Shown: piece by piece, positions 44,807-54,741 of the stretch
Layout of the letters: every line of letters begins with the position of its first letter
Position numbering within the stretch: position 1 is the first letter of the stretch
Assembly: GCA_036505535.1 (NCBI GenBank)
Contig: DASXTI010000097.1
Coordinates: 1 to 63,688, forward strand
Length of the DNA: 63,688 nucleotides
Reading direction: 5' to 3'
Source: Thermoanaerobaculia bacterium
GTDB taxonomy: Bacteria > Acidobacteriota > Thermoanaerobaculia > UBA5066 > Gp7-AA6
The notes under the pieces: generated by a model
Told to the model about the DNA's origin: nothing
Database searches by the model: none
Seen by the model: only the letters and a program-made list of their open reading frames with translations
Made by a program: the position numbers and the translations under genes

Positions 44807-45850
44807 ATGATCGTCCTCGGAATCGAAACCTCTTGCGACGAAACCTCCGTCGCCCTCCTCGACGGCGAGGGGCGCATTCTCTCCAACGTCATCTCCTCCC
44901 AAATGCAGGCGCACGCGCTCTACGGGGGTGTCGTTCCCGAGGTCGCCGCGCGCGCCCACCTCGAGAACTTGCCGGGAGTCCTGGATGAGGCGCTGCAGCG
45001 CGCCGGGGTGCCGATCGAAGATGTCCGCCTCGTCGCCGCCACCGCGGGACCGGGGCTCGTGGGGGCGCTTCTGGTGGGTCTCTCGGCCGGGAAGGCGATC
45101 GCCTTCGCGCGTGAGATCCCGCTCGTACCGGTCAATCACCTCGAAGGTCACCTCTACTCCGCTTTCCTTCGCCCGCAACCGGACACGCCGCTGCTCGTGG
45201 CTTATCCGTTTCACGGCCTCGTCGTGTCCGGTGGCCATGCCGAGCTCGTGCGCGTGGAGGAGGGGCGCATCGTTCCTCTGGCGAGGACCCGAGACGACGC
45301 GCCGGGCGAAGCCTTCGACAAGATCGCGCGGCGAGCGGGCCTGAGCTACCCGGGCGGACCCGTCATCGATCGAATCGCGGCTCGCGGGCGCGGCGATCGG
45401 TACCCCTTTCCCGTCGGCCGTCCCGGCGACGGTTCCTACGACTTCTCCTTCTCGGGCCTCAAGACGGCGATGCTGCGCGAGCTCTCCCGCCGCGGCATCG
45501 ACGGGTCGCCCCTCGATCCCGATCGGCTCGACGACGATCTGGTCGATCTCCTCGCCTCCTTTCAGCGCGCCATCGTCACGGCGCTCGCCGAACGCGTCGC
45601 CGCCGTCCATCAGAGCGAGGGGATTCGCCTTCTCGCCGTGTCGGGAGGCGTGGCGGCGAACTCGGAGTTACGCGCGACCCTCGCGGCCTGGGGAGAAGAG
45701 CACGGTGTCCCCGTGCTCCTGCCCGACCGGTCGCTGACGACCGACAACGCCGCCATGATCGGATGGGCGGGGCTGATTCGCTTCCGGCGCGAAGGGCCTT
45801 CCGACTTTCTCTCCGTCAACGCACGATCGCGCTGGCCCCTGGGAACGTGA
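44807..45850 (+). CDS. tsaD: tRNA N6-adenosine threonylcarbamoyltransferase
   Basis: MIVLGIETSCDETSVA N-terminus. Motifs HLEGH and SGGVAAN. Confidence 0.95.
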   Translation: MIVLGIETSCDETSVALLDGEGRILSNVISSQMQAHALYGGVVPEVAARAHLENLPGVLDEALQRAGVPIEDVRLVAATAGPGLVGALLVGLSAGKAIAFAREIPLVPVNHLEGHLYSAFLRPQPDTPLLVAYPFHGLVVSGGHAELVRVEEGRIVPLARTRDDAPGEAFDKIARRAGLSYPGGPVIDRIAARGRGDRYPFPVGRPGDGSYDFSFSGLKTAMLRELSRRGIDGSPLDPDRLDDDLVDLLASFQRAIVTALAERVAAVHQSEGIRLLAVSGGVAANSELRATLAAWGEEHGVPVLLPDRSLTTDNAAMIGWAGLIRFRREGPSDFLSVNARSRWPLGT

Positions 45851-45875
45851 GACCCTATAAGATTCCCCGTCCCCA

Positions 45876-47675
45876 ATGACCGATCCCCATTTCATACGCA
45901 ACTTTTCGATCGTGGCGCACATCGACCACGGCAAGACCACGCTCTCGGACCGGATCCTTCAGCGCTGCGGCGCCGTGGCCGAACGCGAAATGCACGAGCA
46001 GATGCTCGATGACATGGAGCTCGAGCAGGAGCGCGGCATCACGATCAAGGCCCGGGCAGTCACTCTGCAATATGCGGCACGCGACGGCAACCCGTACGTG
46101 CTCAACCTGATTGACACTCCCGGACACGTCGATTTCTCCTACGAGGTTTCGCGGTCGCTGGCGGCCTGCGAGGGAGCGGTGCTCGTCGTCGACGCGACAC
46201 AGGGGGTCGAGGCTCAGACGCTCGCCAATGCGTACCTCGCCACGCACCACAACCTCGTCATCATCCCCGTGATCAACAAGATCGATCTGCCTTCGGCCGA
46301 GCCGGAGAAGGCGCGGGAGCAGATCGAGCAGGTCGTGGGAATTCCGGCCGACGACGCCGTGCTGACCTCCGCCAAGATGGGCATCGGAATCGACGAGCTG
46401 CTCGAGCGCATCGTCCGCGACGTGCCGGCCCCAAAGGGTGATCCGAACGCTCCGCTGAAGGCGCTGCTCTTCGATTCCTGGTACGACCCGTACCGCGGCG
46501 TGACCTCGCTCGTGCGGATCGTGGACGGCCGCCTCGCACCGCACATGAAAATCCGCGCGATGGGCACCGGCCTGGAGACCGAGGTCGAAGCGGTTGGCGT
46601 TTTTCGGCCGCATCCCGAGGCGGTGCCCCTCCTCTCGGTGGGCGAGGTGGGTTCCTTCTGGGGCAACATCAAGGATCTGCACTCCACGCGCATCGGAGAC
46701 ACCATCACCGAGGCGAGCCGTCCCACCGCGAAGCCCCTGCCGGGGTTTGCCGAGGCCAAGCCGATGGTCTTCGCCGGACTCTTCCCAACCGACGCGGACG
46801 CTTACGCGAACCTGCGCGACGCGATGGAGAAACTGCGTTTGAACGACGCCTCCTTCTCGTTTACGCCGGAGAACTCGACCGCGCTGGGCTTCGGGTTCCG
46901 GTGCGGCTTCCTGGGGCTGCTTCATATGGAGATCGTTCAGGAACGGCTGGAGCGCGAGTTCGACCTGGACCTGATCACGACGGCCCCGGGCGTGAATTAC
47001 CGGGTGACAACCGCGCGGGGGGAAGTTCTCGACATCGTCAACCCCAATCACTTACCCGCGCCCAATCACATCGAGCGGGTCGAGGAGCCATACATCACCG
47101 CGACGATCATCACGCGGGACGAGTTTCTCGGCGGCCTGCTCAAGCTCTGCGAGGAGAGACGCGGAAACCAGAAGTCGATGGAGTACCTGGCCGCCAACCG
47201 CGTCGTCCTCGTCTACGACTTTCCCTTGAACGAAGTCGTCCTCGATTTCTACGACAAGCTCAAGTCGATCTCGAAGGGATATGCGTCGTTCGACTACGAG
47301 TTTGCGGGCTACCGGGAGGGGGACCTCGTCAAGCTCGACCTCCTCGTCAATGGGGAGCCCGTCGACGCCCTGTCGCTGATCGTCCACCGGGAAGAGGCCG
47401 CCGCCAAGGGGCGGCTGCTGGCCGCAAAGATGAAAGAAATCATCCCCCGCCAGATGTTCGAAGTGGTGATCCAGGCGGCGATCGGCTCGAAGATCATCGC
47501 GCGGGAGCAGGTCTCCGCGATCCGGAAAAACGTGCTTGCCAAGTGCTACGGCGGCGACATCACCCGGAAGAGAAAGTTGCTTGAAAAACAGAAGGAGGGC
47601 AAGAAACGGATGAAGCGGGTTGGTCGCGTCGACATCCCGCAGGAAGCGTTTCTCGCCGTGCTGAAGGTCGAATGA
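45876..47675 (+). CDS. lepA: translation elongation factor 4
   Basis: Motifs [24 protein letters not shown] and NKID. C-terminal LepA-specific end; 599 aa. Confidence 0.95.
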   Translation: MTDPHFIRNFSIVAHIDHGKTTLSDRILQRCGAVAEREMHEQMLDDMELEQERGITIKARAVTLQYAARDGNPYVLNLIDTPGHVDFSYEVSRSLAACEGAVLVVDATQGVEAQTLANAYLATHHNLVIIPVINKIDLPSAEPEKAREQIEQVVGIPADDAVLTSAKMGIGIDELLERIVRDVPAPKGDPNAPLKALLFDSWYDPYRGVTSLVRIVDGRLAPHMKIRAMGTGLETEVEAVGVFRPHPEAVPLLSVGEVGSFWGNIKDLHSTRIGDTITEASRPTAKPLPGFAEAKPMVFAGLFPTDADAYANLRDAMEKLRLNDASFSFTPENSTALGFGFRCGFLGLLHMEIVQERLEREFDLDLITTAPGVNYRVTTARGEVLDIVNPNHLPAPNHIERVEEPYITATIITRDEFLGGLLKLCEERRGNQKSMEYLAANRVVLVYDFPLNEVVLDFYDKLKSISKGYASFDYEFAGYREGDLVKLDLLVNGEPVDALSLIVHREEAAAKGRLLAAKMKEIIPRQMFEVVIQAAIGSKIIAREQVSAIRKNVLAKCYGGDITRKRKLLEKQKEGKKRMKRVGRVDIPQEAFLAVLKVE

Positions 47676-48406
47676 AAGAACGCACCGAGTCCTCCGAAGG
47701 AAGCCCGAGGCCCCACTCGACCGGCCGGGAATGGTACGAGTCTCTGCTGGTGGCCGGCATCTTCGTGCTGTTCGTGCGAACCTTCGTCGTCCAGACCTAC
47801 CAGGTGCCGACCGGCTCGATGGAGCGAACGATCCTCGTCGGCGATCATCTTCTGGTCAACAAGTTCGCCTACGCGCCCCGGCTTCCGGCGCTATCGCGAC
47901 TGCTCCCGTACCGCAACGTGCGTCCCGGGGATGTGATCGTCTTCAAGAAGCCAGGGGACGACGTCAACCCAGGCAACGTCCTCGTCAAGCGCGCGGTCGC
48001 GAAAGGGGGGGACCTCGTCGCGGTCAAGGACAAGCGCCTCTACGTGAACGGTCGGCCCTACGACGTGCCGTCGGTCCAGCACATCGACCCCGAGACCTAC
48101 CCCGACAGTCCCGCCGTCCCCGAGATGGCGCGCCGGCGGGATCAGTTCGGGTCCTTCAAGGTTCCTCCGGACTCCTTCTTCGGAATGGGGGACAATCGGG
48201 ACAACTCACTCGACAGCCGATTCTGGGGAGCCATTCCGCGAAGCAACATCTTCGGGCGTCCGGTGATCCTGTACTGGTCCTACGAGGCGGAGCCGAACTC
48301 GCACATCTGGCACGGGCCGGTCGCCAAGCTCCGACAGCTCGCCGACATCGCCATCCACTTCTTCTCGCGAACGCGATGGGATCGGATGTTTACCCTGGTC
48401 CGGTAA
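47672..48406 (+). CDS. lepB: signal peptidase I
   Basis: Motifs [23 protein letters not shown] and [14 protein letters not shown]. Its start overlaps the lepA stop. Confidence 0.9.
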   Translation: MKERTESSEGSPRPHSTGREWYESLLVAGIFVLFVRTFVVQTYQVPTGSMERTILVGDHLLVNKFAYAPRLPALSRLLPYRNVRPGDVIVFKKPGDDVNPGNVLVKRAVAKGGDLVAVKDKRLYVNGRPYDVPSVQHIDPETYPDSPAVPEMARRRDQFGSFKVPPDSFFGMGDNRDNSLDSRFWGAIPRSNIFGRPVILYWSYEAEPNSHIWHGPVAKLRQLADIAIHFFSRTRWDRMFTLVR

Positions 48407-48429
48407 CCAGCCGGGCCTCGCCGACGCCG

Positions 48430-49092
48430 ATGCGCGAGCATGCCGATCCCCTGCTAGCGGCCGTGGTGTTCGCGCTCTTCGCGAGAGCGTTCCTCTTTCA
48501 GGCATTCGAGGTCCCGAGCCGGTCGATGGAGAAGAACGTGCTGACGGGCGATCACCTGCTCGTCAACAAGTTTCTCTTCGCGCCCCACCGCGACGCTCCC
48601 GCCGCCTGGCTCCTGCCATCGCGGGCGGTCCGGCGGGGCGACATCATCGTCTTCAAATACCCGGAGGACCCGAGACGCGACTTCATCAAACGCGTGGTCG
48701 CGCTTCCCGGCGAGATCGTGGCGATAAGAGACAAGCGCGTCTTCGTCGACGGGCGGCTCTTGGACGAGCCCTACGCCTTCCACTCCGATGATCGTGTATG
48801 GCCCGACGATCCGGCGGTGCCCGAAGAGGGCCGGCGGCGGGATCAGCTCCCGCCTCGCACCGTTCCCCAAGACTCCTATTTCGTGATGGGCGACAACCGT
48901 GACGACTCCCGCGACAGCCGTTTCTGGGGTCCCGTTCCCTCGCGCAATCTGGAAGGACGAGCGATGTTCGTCTACTGGTCCCTTCCGCCCCGCTCCTCCG
49001 ACGCCCGGCGGGGCTGGCGCGAACTTCTGCGGCTTCCTCTGGAGATCATCCGCCGGACTCGCTGGGACCGCGCATTCCTCCCGGTGCGCTAG
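48430..49092 (+). CDS. lepB: signal peptidase I (second tandem copy)
   Basis: Start ATG 48430. Motifs [23 protein letters not shown] and GDNRDDSRDSRFWG. Confidence 0.9.
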   Translation: MREHADPLLAAVVFALFARAFLFQAFEVPSRSMEKNVLTGDHLLVNKFLFAPHRDAPAAWLLPSRAVRRGDIIVFKYPEDPRRDFIKRVVALPGEIVAIRDKRVFVDGRLLDEPYAFHSDDRVWPDDPAVPEEGRRRDQLPPRTVPQDSYFVMGDNRDDSRDSRFWGPVPSRNLEGRAMFVYWSLPPRSSDARRGWRELLRLPLEIIRRTRWDRAFLPVR

Positions 49093-49184
49093 CAAAATGG
49101 AATCGGCCGCGTCGTGTGCTCGAATTGCGCTCCCGATCGTGGATCGGGGTTAGAATCTCTCGGAAACTCCTGGGAGGAAAACGC

Positions 49185-49559
49185 ATGAGACGGACACGGG
49201 GGAACCGCGGAGCCGCCAACTTCGGATGCATCGTCTGGCTCGTCATCCTGGGGCTGGTTGGCTACGTCCTCTACAAGGTCGTGCCCGTGAAGATCGCGAC
49301 CTCCGAGTTCTACGACACGATGCAGGAGCAGGCGGCGTTCGGTTCGATCAAGGACCCGAAGTTCATCGAGTTCGAGATCCTGAGGAAGGCCGACGAGTTG
49401 AGGCTTCCGGTCAAGAAGGAAAACCTCAAGATCACCAAGACGCACCAGTCGATTACGGTCGAAGCGCATTACGAGGTTACGATCGACTTCTTCGGCGGAG
49501 CCTACAAGTACCTCTGGAAGTTTGACCCCGTCGTCATCCGGCCGCTCTTCGCGGTGTAG
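49185..49559 (+). CDS. membrane-anchored hypothetical protein
   Basis: ATG 49185 preceded by GGGAGG. One N-terminal TM segment (FGCIVWLVILGLVGYVLY); 124 aa. Confidence 0.55.
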   Translation: MRRTRGNRGAANFGCIVWLVILGLVGYVLYKVVPVKIATSEFYDTMQEQAAFGSIKDPKFIEFEILRKADELRLPVKKENLKITKTHQSITVEAHYEVTIDFFGGAYKYLWKFDPVVIRPLFAV

Positions 49560-49569
49560 AACGGAGGAA

Positions 49570-49631
49570 AAGGTTTCTGGTTTCTCGTTTCTGGTTTCTC
49601 GTTGGGAACCAGAAACCAGAGACCAAGAACC
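49570..49631. repeat. heptamer-array hairpin H19 (GGTTTCT / ACCAGAR units)
   Basis: aaggtttctggtttctcgtttctggtttctcgttggg pairs with aaccagaaaccagagaccaagaacc, with no loop. Ends 9 nt before the merR-like ATG. Confidence 0.95.
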
Positions 49632-49640
49632 TCTTCTCCG

Positions 49641-50051
49641 ATGGCTCGTGATCCCGCAACGCTGACGATCTCGCAGGTCGCGCGGCGCACCGGCATTCCG
49701 GTCACCACCCTGCGCTTCTACGAGCGGGAGCTGCCAGGACTCTTTCGTATTCGCAAGACCTCGGGCGGGCATCGCCGTTACGGTGAGACGGAGGTGGGGC
49801 GGTTTGTCACGGTGCGGCGGCTGACGCACGTCGAAGGGCTGGGCTTGGCTCGGGTCCGCCGCGTCCTGACTCCGCGCGGAGAGGGGGAGGCGATTCGCGA
49901 CGAGCTCGATTCCTTACGCGAGGCGCATACCGCGGAAATCGAGGCGCTTCACGCCCTGACGCGCCGGGTGGCCGAGCTCGAAGGGCGCCTCGCCGCGCTC
50001 GAGTCTGCCCCGCCGCGCCGGCGGCGCTGGCTCAAGAGGCGAGAGCCCTGA
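49641..50051 (+). CDS. MerR-family transcriptional regulator
   Basis: HTH motif LTISQVARRTGIPVTTLRFYERE followed by a C-terminal coiled coil. Confidence 0.8.
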   Translation: MARDPATLTISQVARRTGIPVTTLRFYERELPGLFRIRKTSGGHRRYGETEVGRFVTVRRLTHVEGLGLARVRRVLTPRGEGEAIRDELDSLREAHTAEIEALHALTRRVAELEGRLAALESAPPRRRRWLKRREP

Positions 50052-50123
50052 GCCAAGAGGATCAATGAAAGGGAATTTTTCCGCTACCGCGGCGCTTGCG
50101 GAACGCTTGAGGAGAGACGAGCG

Positions 50124-50708
50124 ATGAAATTCCTACGTACCGCTATCAGTCTTGTCATGCTCGTCGCGGCGGCCCGCTCGGCCTTTGCGGCGGCCCCCGC
50201 GATAGGATCTTCGGCTCCATCCTTCACTCTGACGACGCTCGACGGCAAGTCCTTCTCGCTCGCCGAAGCCGCGAAGAGCCACAAGCTCGTCGTCGTCATG
50301 TTCATCGCGACCAAGTGTCCGTACTCCAACGCCTACAACGACCGGATGCGGCAGATGGCCCAGGATTACGGGAAGAAGGACGTGCTCTTCGTGGGCGTCA
50401 ACAGCAACAACACCGAGCCCGCGGAAGAGGTCGGCGCACACGCGAAGGAGCACCGCTTCACCTTTCCGCTCATGAAGGACCCCGGCAACAAGGTGGCCGA
50501 TCTCTACGACGCGCGACGGACACCGGAGGTCTACATCATCGACAGAGAGGGGAAGCTCCAGTACCACGGCCGCATCGACGAGAACTACGAGGATGCCTCG
50601 AAGGTCGCTTCCCCCGATCTGAGGAATGCTCTCGATGCGCTCCTCGCGGGTCAGCAGGTCGCGAAGGCGGAGACAAAGGCATTCGGCTGCACGATCAAAC
50701 GAGCCTGA
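50124..50708 (+). CDS. secreted thioredoxin-fold (redoxin/AhpC-TSA-like) protein, CPYS motif
   Basis: Signal peptide. VVMFIATKCPYSNAY shows a single Cys in the CxxC position. Confidence 0.75.
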   Translation: MKFLRTAISLVMLVAAARSAFAAAPAIGSSAPSFTLTTLDGKSFSLAEAAKSHKLVVVMFIATKCPYSNAYNDRMRQMAQDYGKKDVLFVGVNSNNTEPAEEVGAHAKEHRFTFPLMKDPGNKVADLYDARRTPEVYIIDREGKLQYHGRIDENYEDASKVASPDLRNALDALLAGQQVAKAETKAFGCTIKRA

Positions 50709-50763
50709 AGAAGATTGCCGATTGGCGATTGGCGATTGGCGATTGGCGATTTGTGATTGGTGG
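50709..50763. repeat. single-arm heptamer array H20 (GATTGGC x5 then GATTTGT/GATTGGT)
   Basis: agaagattgccgattggcgattggcgattggcgattggcgatttgtgattggtgg. No C-rich partner downstream. Confidence 0.9.
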
Positions 50764-51259
50764 ATGCTCGAGGACGGCGGTGGCCGTCCTTTTCTTTCTG
50801 GGAGCGGGCGCAAGCTTCGCGGCGGATGCGATCCGACTCTCCGGCGAGCTCGACGCAAGAGGACTCACCCGCGCGATCACCCGGGAGAAGGGGCGCGTCG
50901 TTCTCGTCAACTTCTGGGCTACGTGGTGCGTGCCATGCCGCGAAGAGTTTCCCGATCTCGTGCGGCTCGAAAAAGCCTACCGCCCCCGCGGCCTGAGAGT
51001 CCTCGGAGTGTCGACGGACCTTGCGAAGGAGCTGCCCGCCGTCGAAAAGTTCCTCGCCGCTTCCCAACCCGCCTTTGCCAACTATCGAAAGAAGAGTGGC
51101 GGGGACGATCAGGAGTTCATCGAGTCCGTGGACGCGAACTGGGGAGGTGAGCTCCCCTTCTCGGTTCTCTACGACCGTGACGGAAAGAAGGCGCGCGTCC
51201 TCTCCGGCAAGCAGTCCTACGCCGACTTCGAGCGCGAGGTGACGAAGCTGCTGAGGTAG
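50753..51259 (+). CDS. TlpA-family thiol:disulfide oxidoreductase
   Basis: WATWCVPC redox motif. Probable GTG 50753 start gives a signal peptide (IGGCSRTAVAVLFFLGAGASFAA). The start is uncertain because it lies in H20. Confidence 0.75.
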   Translation: MIGGCSRTAVAVLFFLGAGASFAADAIRLSGELDARGLTRAITREKGRVVLVNFWATWCVPCREEFPDLVRLEKAYRPRGLRVLGVSTDLAKELPAVEKFLAASQPAFANYRKKSGGDDQEFIESVDANWGGELPFSVLYDRDGKKARVLSGKQSYADFEREVTKLLR

Positions 51260-51306
51260 GGGCGGCGTTACGTTCGCCGGCGGGAGGCCTCGAGGGGCCC
51301 CCCTAC
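51256..51306 (+). repeat. GTAGGGGCGG...CCCCCCTAC palindromic element
   Basis: gtaggggcgg at 51256-51265 and ggcccccctac at 51296-51306. The TAG within the element is the stop codon of the TlpA gene. Confidence 0.8.
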
Positions 51307-51610
51307 GCGCGGCGCAGACGTGGTCGTCGGCGTAGCCGCGCATCCAGACCCCAGACTTTCCCGGCGTCCACTGCGAAGGACATGGCCCGCGAAGCGTTCC
51401 CGAGCAATCAGGTTAGGATGCGAAGACGGCGGCGGTACGCACCGTGAGGACGTCTTACAACGGGATCTGCCGCCTTTCGAGGACATGAAAGCCCACTGCC
51501 GGACAATCATTGGCTCCGATCCATACGGAATGCGGCCCCCGGCGGACTGGACCGGATCTTGCTAGTGTTGCCCTGCGGGTCCGGAAAGTCCGGAGAGGAG
51601 AAAAGAGCTC

Positions 51611-52597
51611 ATGAAACGACTCCACGCCTTAGTCCTCGTTTCGGCCGTCCTCCCCCTCCTTGCGGCACCGATTCTCGGCCAGACCGCCCCGGTCAAGCGC
51701 ATGAGCATCGCCCGCGTCGAGAGTGCGCGCACGGGAGTCGCGCACAAGAGCACAAGCGCGCTGTGCAACGGTATCTGTTACTCGGCGGAGGTCGCGGTCG
51801 TTACGCGCGTGCAAGGCACTGCATTCTTCCGCACCTCAATCGACATCTCCAACAACACGACCCAGCCCATCACCGCGACCTTCCAGTACACGTACGTGTT
51901 CAACAACCAGGTCTTCCACACCGCGGCGCAGACCATCCAGCTCGCGGCGGTGGACAATTTCCATCAGGATGACATCGTCCAGTATCTCGGCGTGCTGGGT
52001 CTCTTGCAGCCGGGCGCCGATCAGAGCTCTTTTGGCACTTTCCTGGTGACCTTCGATAACCTTCCCTCCAAGGTTGGCTGGGAAGGAACCATCACCGCCC
52101 GCACGTATAGCCCTGACCCCACGGGAATCGGAACCAACGGGATCGCCTATCCCGGAACGCTGTTCTTCGAATCGGCCAATCAGACCCTCGTCGGCACAAT
52201 TCACGACACTCGCCCGGCGCCGACGATCGCTGGAGCCCTGCGCACCAATCTTGGCGTTCGCAACACGGATTTGAACAGTCTCGGCGATGCGAACCCGGTG
52301 ACCGTGCAGGTCTCCTTCTTTGACGTCACCGAGGGGTCGGCGACCAATGGCCAGCAGGTCGGGCAGACCCTTCAGATCGCGGGACTCCTGCCCGGAGAAG
52401 TGCACCAGATCAACGACGTGTTCACCACGGCGCAGATTCCGGCTAACGTCACCGCTTGCATTGTGTTCGTCGACGTGATCGCACCGACAACGGGCTTCCC
52501 CACGGTCGAGGGATACATCAACATCTTAGACGACGACACCAAGGACGGGTCTTACTTCGAGATGAAGTGCACCGACACAGACGGTTGCGCCAACTGA
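51611..52597 (+). CDS. secreted protein of unknown function (paralogue of 38489..39319)
   Basis: GGAGAGGAG upstream of the ATG. Signal peptide. Motifs GTAFFRTSIDISN, ARTYSPDPTG and LRTNLGVRN parallel those of the 38489 gene. Cys-containing C-terminus. Confidence 0.6.
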   Translation: MKRLHALVLVSAVLPLLAAPILGQTAPVKRMSIARVESARTGVAHKSTSALCNGICYSAEVAVVTRVQGTAFFRTSIDISNNTTQPITATFQYTYVFNNQVFHTAAQTIQLAAVDNFHQDDIVQYLGVLGLLQPGADQSSFGTFLVTFDNLPSKVGWEGTITARTYSPDPTGIGTNGIAYPGTLFFESANQTLVGTIHDTRPAPTIAGALRTNLGVRNTDLNSLGDANPVTVQVSFFDVTEGSATNGQQVGQTLQIAGLLPGEVHQINDVFTTAQIPANVTACIVFVDVIAPTTGFPTVEGYINILDDDTKDGSYFEMKCTDTDGCAN

Positions 52598-52666
52598 ACG
52601 CCGCGTCGTAGTCCGGGATCCCTCGCTTCGCTCGGGATGACTTCGCCGGCGATATCGCCGGCGAAG

Positions 52667-53950
52667 TCAGATTCGGCTGGGCCTCACGCCGCCTGCGGCG
52701 ATGTCACGCCGGAGGTGCTTGCCTTCGAACTGGATCCGATCGGCGGCCTCATAGGCGCGCGCGGCGGCATCGCTCATCGAGTGGGCAGTCGCCGTCACGA
52801 CGAGCACCCGCCCTCCCGCCGTCACGAGACGGTCTCCATCGCGGGCGGTCCCGGCATGGAAGAGCTCGACGCCCGGCATCCCCGCGGCCTCCGGCAGGCC
52901 CGTGATCGGCCGGCCGCGCTCATGGTTGCCCGGGTAGCCGTTGGCGCAGAGCACCACGCCCACGCAGGCCTCGTTCTTCACCTCGAGCGGTAAAAAGCGC
53001 TCGAGCCCGCCACGACAAGCCGCGAGCAGGACTTCCGCCATGTCGGAGGTCACGCGGGGAAGAATCACCTCGGTTTCCGGATCGCCGAACCGAGCGTTGT
53101 ATTCGAGGACCTTCGGGCCGGTATCGGTGACGATGAGCCCGGCGTAGAGCACGCCCCGAAACGCACGCCCCTCGGCCTGCAGCCCTCGGAACGTGGGCCA
53201 GAGAATGTCCTTCAAGACCTCGGATGCCATCTCGGCGTTCAAGACGCCGGCCGGAGAGTGCGCGCCCATGCCTCCGGTGTTGGGACCCCGGTCGCCGTCG
53301 TAGACCTTCTTGTAGTCGCGCGCCGTCGGGAGCGGAACGGCGACCTCGCCGTCGAAGAGCGTGAGGAAGGAGGCTTCCTGTCCGCGCAGGAACTCTTCGA
53401 CCAAGATCCGGTCGCCGGCCGCGCCGAAGACGCGTTCCTGGAAGAAGAGCCGCAGCGCCCGCTCGGCATCCTCGTCCGACTCGACGATGAGCACGCCCTT
53501 GCCGCCGGCTAGCCCGTCGGCTTTCAGCACGACGGGGAAATCGAATCGCTTGATCGCCTTTCGGGCCTCGTCGGCGGACTGGCAGATTGTCGCTTCGGCC
53601 GTCGGGATGTTGTGGCGCCGGAAGAATTCCTTCGAGAAAACCTTCGAAGACTCGATCTGCGCCGCAAGCCGCGTGGGCCCGAAGATCGGAAGCTGCCGCT
53701 TGATGAACTCGTCCGCGATTCCGAGCGAGAGAGGCAGCTCCGGGCCCACGACCGTCAGATCGACGTGGAGCTTCTCGGCGAGATCGGCAATCTCGACGAT
53801 GTCGCCCGGCGACACGGGGATGCAGTCGGCCACCTCCGCGATCCCCGGATTTCCGGGGGCGCAGAAGATCTCCTCGACCAAGGGACTCCGGTGAAGCGAC
53901 CAGCAGAGAGAATGCTCCCGGCCACCTCCTCCGATGACGAGGATGTTCAT
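52667..53950 (-). CDS. purD: phosphoribosylamine--glycine ligase
   Basis: MNILVIGGGGREH N-terminus. ATP-grasp motifs; 427 aa. Confidence 0.95.
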   Translation of the reverse strand: MNILVIGGGGREHSLCWSLHRSPLVEEIFCAPGNPGIAEVADCIPVSPGDIVEIADLAEKLHVDLTVVGPELPLSLGIADEFIKRQLPIFGPTRLAAQIESSKVFSKEFFRRHNIPTAEATICQSADEARKAIKRFDFPVVLKADGLAGGKGVLIVESDEDAERALRLFFQERVFGAAGDRILVEEFLRGQEASFLTLFDGEVAVPLPTARDYKKVYDGDRGPNTGGMGAHSPAGVLNAEMASEVLKDILWPTFRGLQAEGRAFRGVLYAGLIVTDTGPKVLEYNARFGDPETEVILPRVTSDMAEVLLAACRGGLERFLPLEVKNEACVGVVLCANGYPGNHERGRPITGLPEAAGMPGVELFHAGTARDGDRLVTAGGRVLVVTATAHSMSDAAARAYEAADRIQFEGKHLRRDIAAGGVRPSRI

Positions 53951-53988
53951 GCGGCGCCATTCTACCTAAGCCTCTCCGCGGTGTTCGC

Positions 53989-54390
53989 TCAGCGTCGGCG
54001 CGTGCTGCGTTTGCGGCCGCCTGTCTTCTTCCGAGGCTTCTTCGGACGGTCATGGCCCGACGCGCGGGAGGAGGTCCACTCGACGGCGAAGCGATCGTGG
54101 CGTCCCGGCAACGCGATGAGAGTCTCGAGCGAGCCGTAAGGCGCAAGCTCCAGACCAAACCGGCCGCGTTCCCGGATCACGCCGCCTCCGTCGAGGGCCC
54201 GGGCCTCGAAGACGAGCTTTCGCCCCTGCCAGCTCCGACTGCCCCGATTGATCGCGCGGACGCGGCACAGCGTGACGTGATCGCTCGAGGAATACGGGTC
54301 CCGGACGATCGTAAGAATGATTTCCGGCCCGGGCGATTCGGCCGAAGCGCCCGCGGCGAGACAGAGAGACAGGACGATCGAGGGATGCAT
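53989..54390 (-). CDS. small secreted protein with strongly basic C-terminal tail
   Basis: ATG 54390 preceded by AGGAG. Signal MHPSIVLSLCLAAGASA. The tail is RPKKPRKKTGGRKRSTRRR. It is the C-terminal part of the spurious 908-aa track ORF. Confidence 0.5.
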   Translation of the reverse strand: MHPSIVLSLCLAAGASAESPGPEIILTIVRDPYSSSDHVTLCRVRAINRGSRSWQGRKLVFEARALDGGGVIRERGRFGLELAPYGSLETLIALPGRHDRFAVEWTSSRASGHDRPKKPRKKTGGRKRSTRRR

Positions 54391-54486
54391 TTTCGGCTCC
54401 TTTCGAGGAGCCGACGGGAAGACCCGATCGGACCCGTGAGGACTACCGGATCTTAACCCGCCCGGGTGGAAGGGTGCTATTGACAA

Positions 54487-54515
54487 TTGACACACGCCGG
54501 TTCCGCGACTACTGT
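54487..54515 (+). promoter_or_regulatory. putative sigma70-type promoter for the SAM-riboswitch transcript
   Basis: TTGACA at 54487-54492 (a second TTGACA at 54480-54485), a 17-nt spacer, then TACTGT at 54510-54515. Lies about 45 nt upstream of the riboswitch. Confidence 0.4.
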
Positions 54516-54558
54516 GGGCGGCAGTTCTTTGAGCCCGGCCGGATCTTCCGCGTTCCGG

Positions 54559-54677
54559 CCGCATCCAGAGTGGGTGAGGGACCGGCCCGATGACCCCACG
54601 GCAACCGGGATCGCGCGTCGCGGCGCGACTCGACAGGTGCCAATTCCGGAATTCTCCGTTCGGAGAAGAAGATGGGG
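54559..54677 (+). promoter_or_regulatory. SAM-I (S-box) riboswitch
   Basis: CCGCAUCCAGAGUGGGUGAGGGACCGGCCCGAUGACCCCACGGCAACC...AGGUGCCAAUUCCGGA...GAAGAUGGGG matches the conserved S-box core (AUC.AGAG.GG..GAGGGA..GGCCC.AUGA..CC.GCAACC ... GGUGC.AA.UCC ... AGAUG). Confidence 0.85.
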
Positions 54678-54707
54678 GGTGACGCGACGAGGTCCTCGCG
54701 GGCCCGC

Positions 54708-54732
54708 GCCTCTCGCCTCGAGAGGCTTTTTT
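54708..54732 (+). terminator. intrinsic terminator (riboswitch expression platform)
   Basis: gcctctcg-cct-cgagaggc stem followed by TTTTTT, 10 nt before the ATG at 54742. Confidence 0.8.
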
Positions 54733-54741
54733 GTTGCGCCA

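Noticed and set aside
47672-49092. Tandem lepB genes as something unusual.
   Set aside because: Duplicate signal peptidase I genes after lepA are common. Both copies retain the catalytic Ser/Lys motifs.
51575-51600. ccggaaagtccgga, reminiscent of the RNase P RNA GGAAAGUCCGG box.
   Set aside because: There are only about 30 nt before a CDS with its SD, so there is no room for a roughly 350-nt RNase P RNA. It is a short direct repeat.
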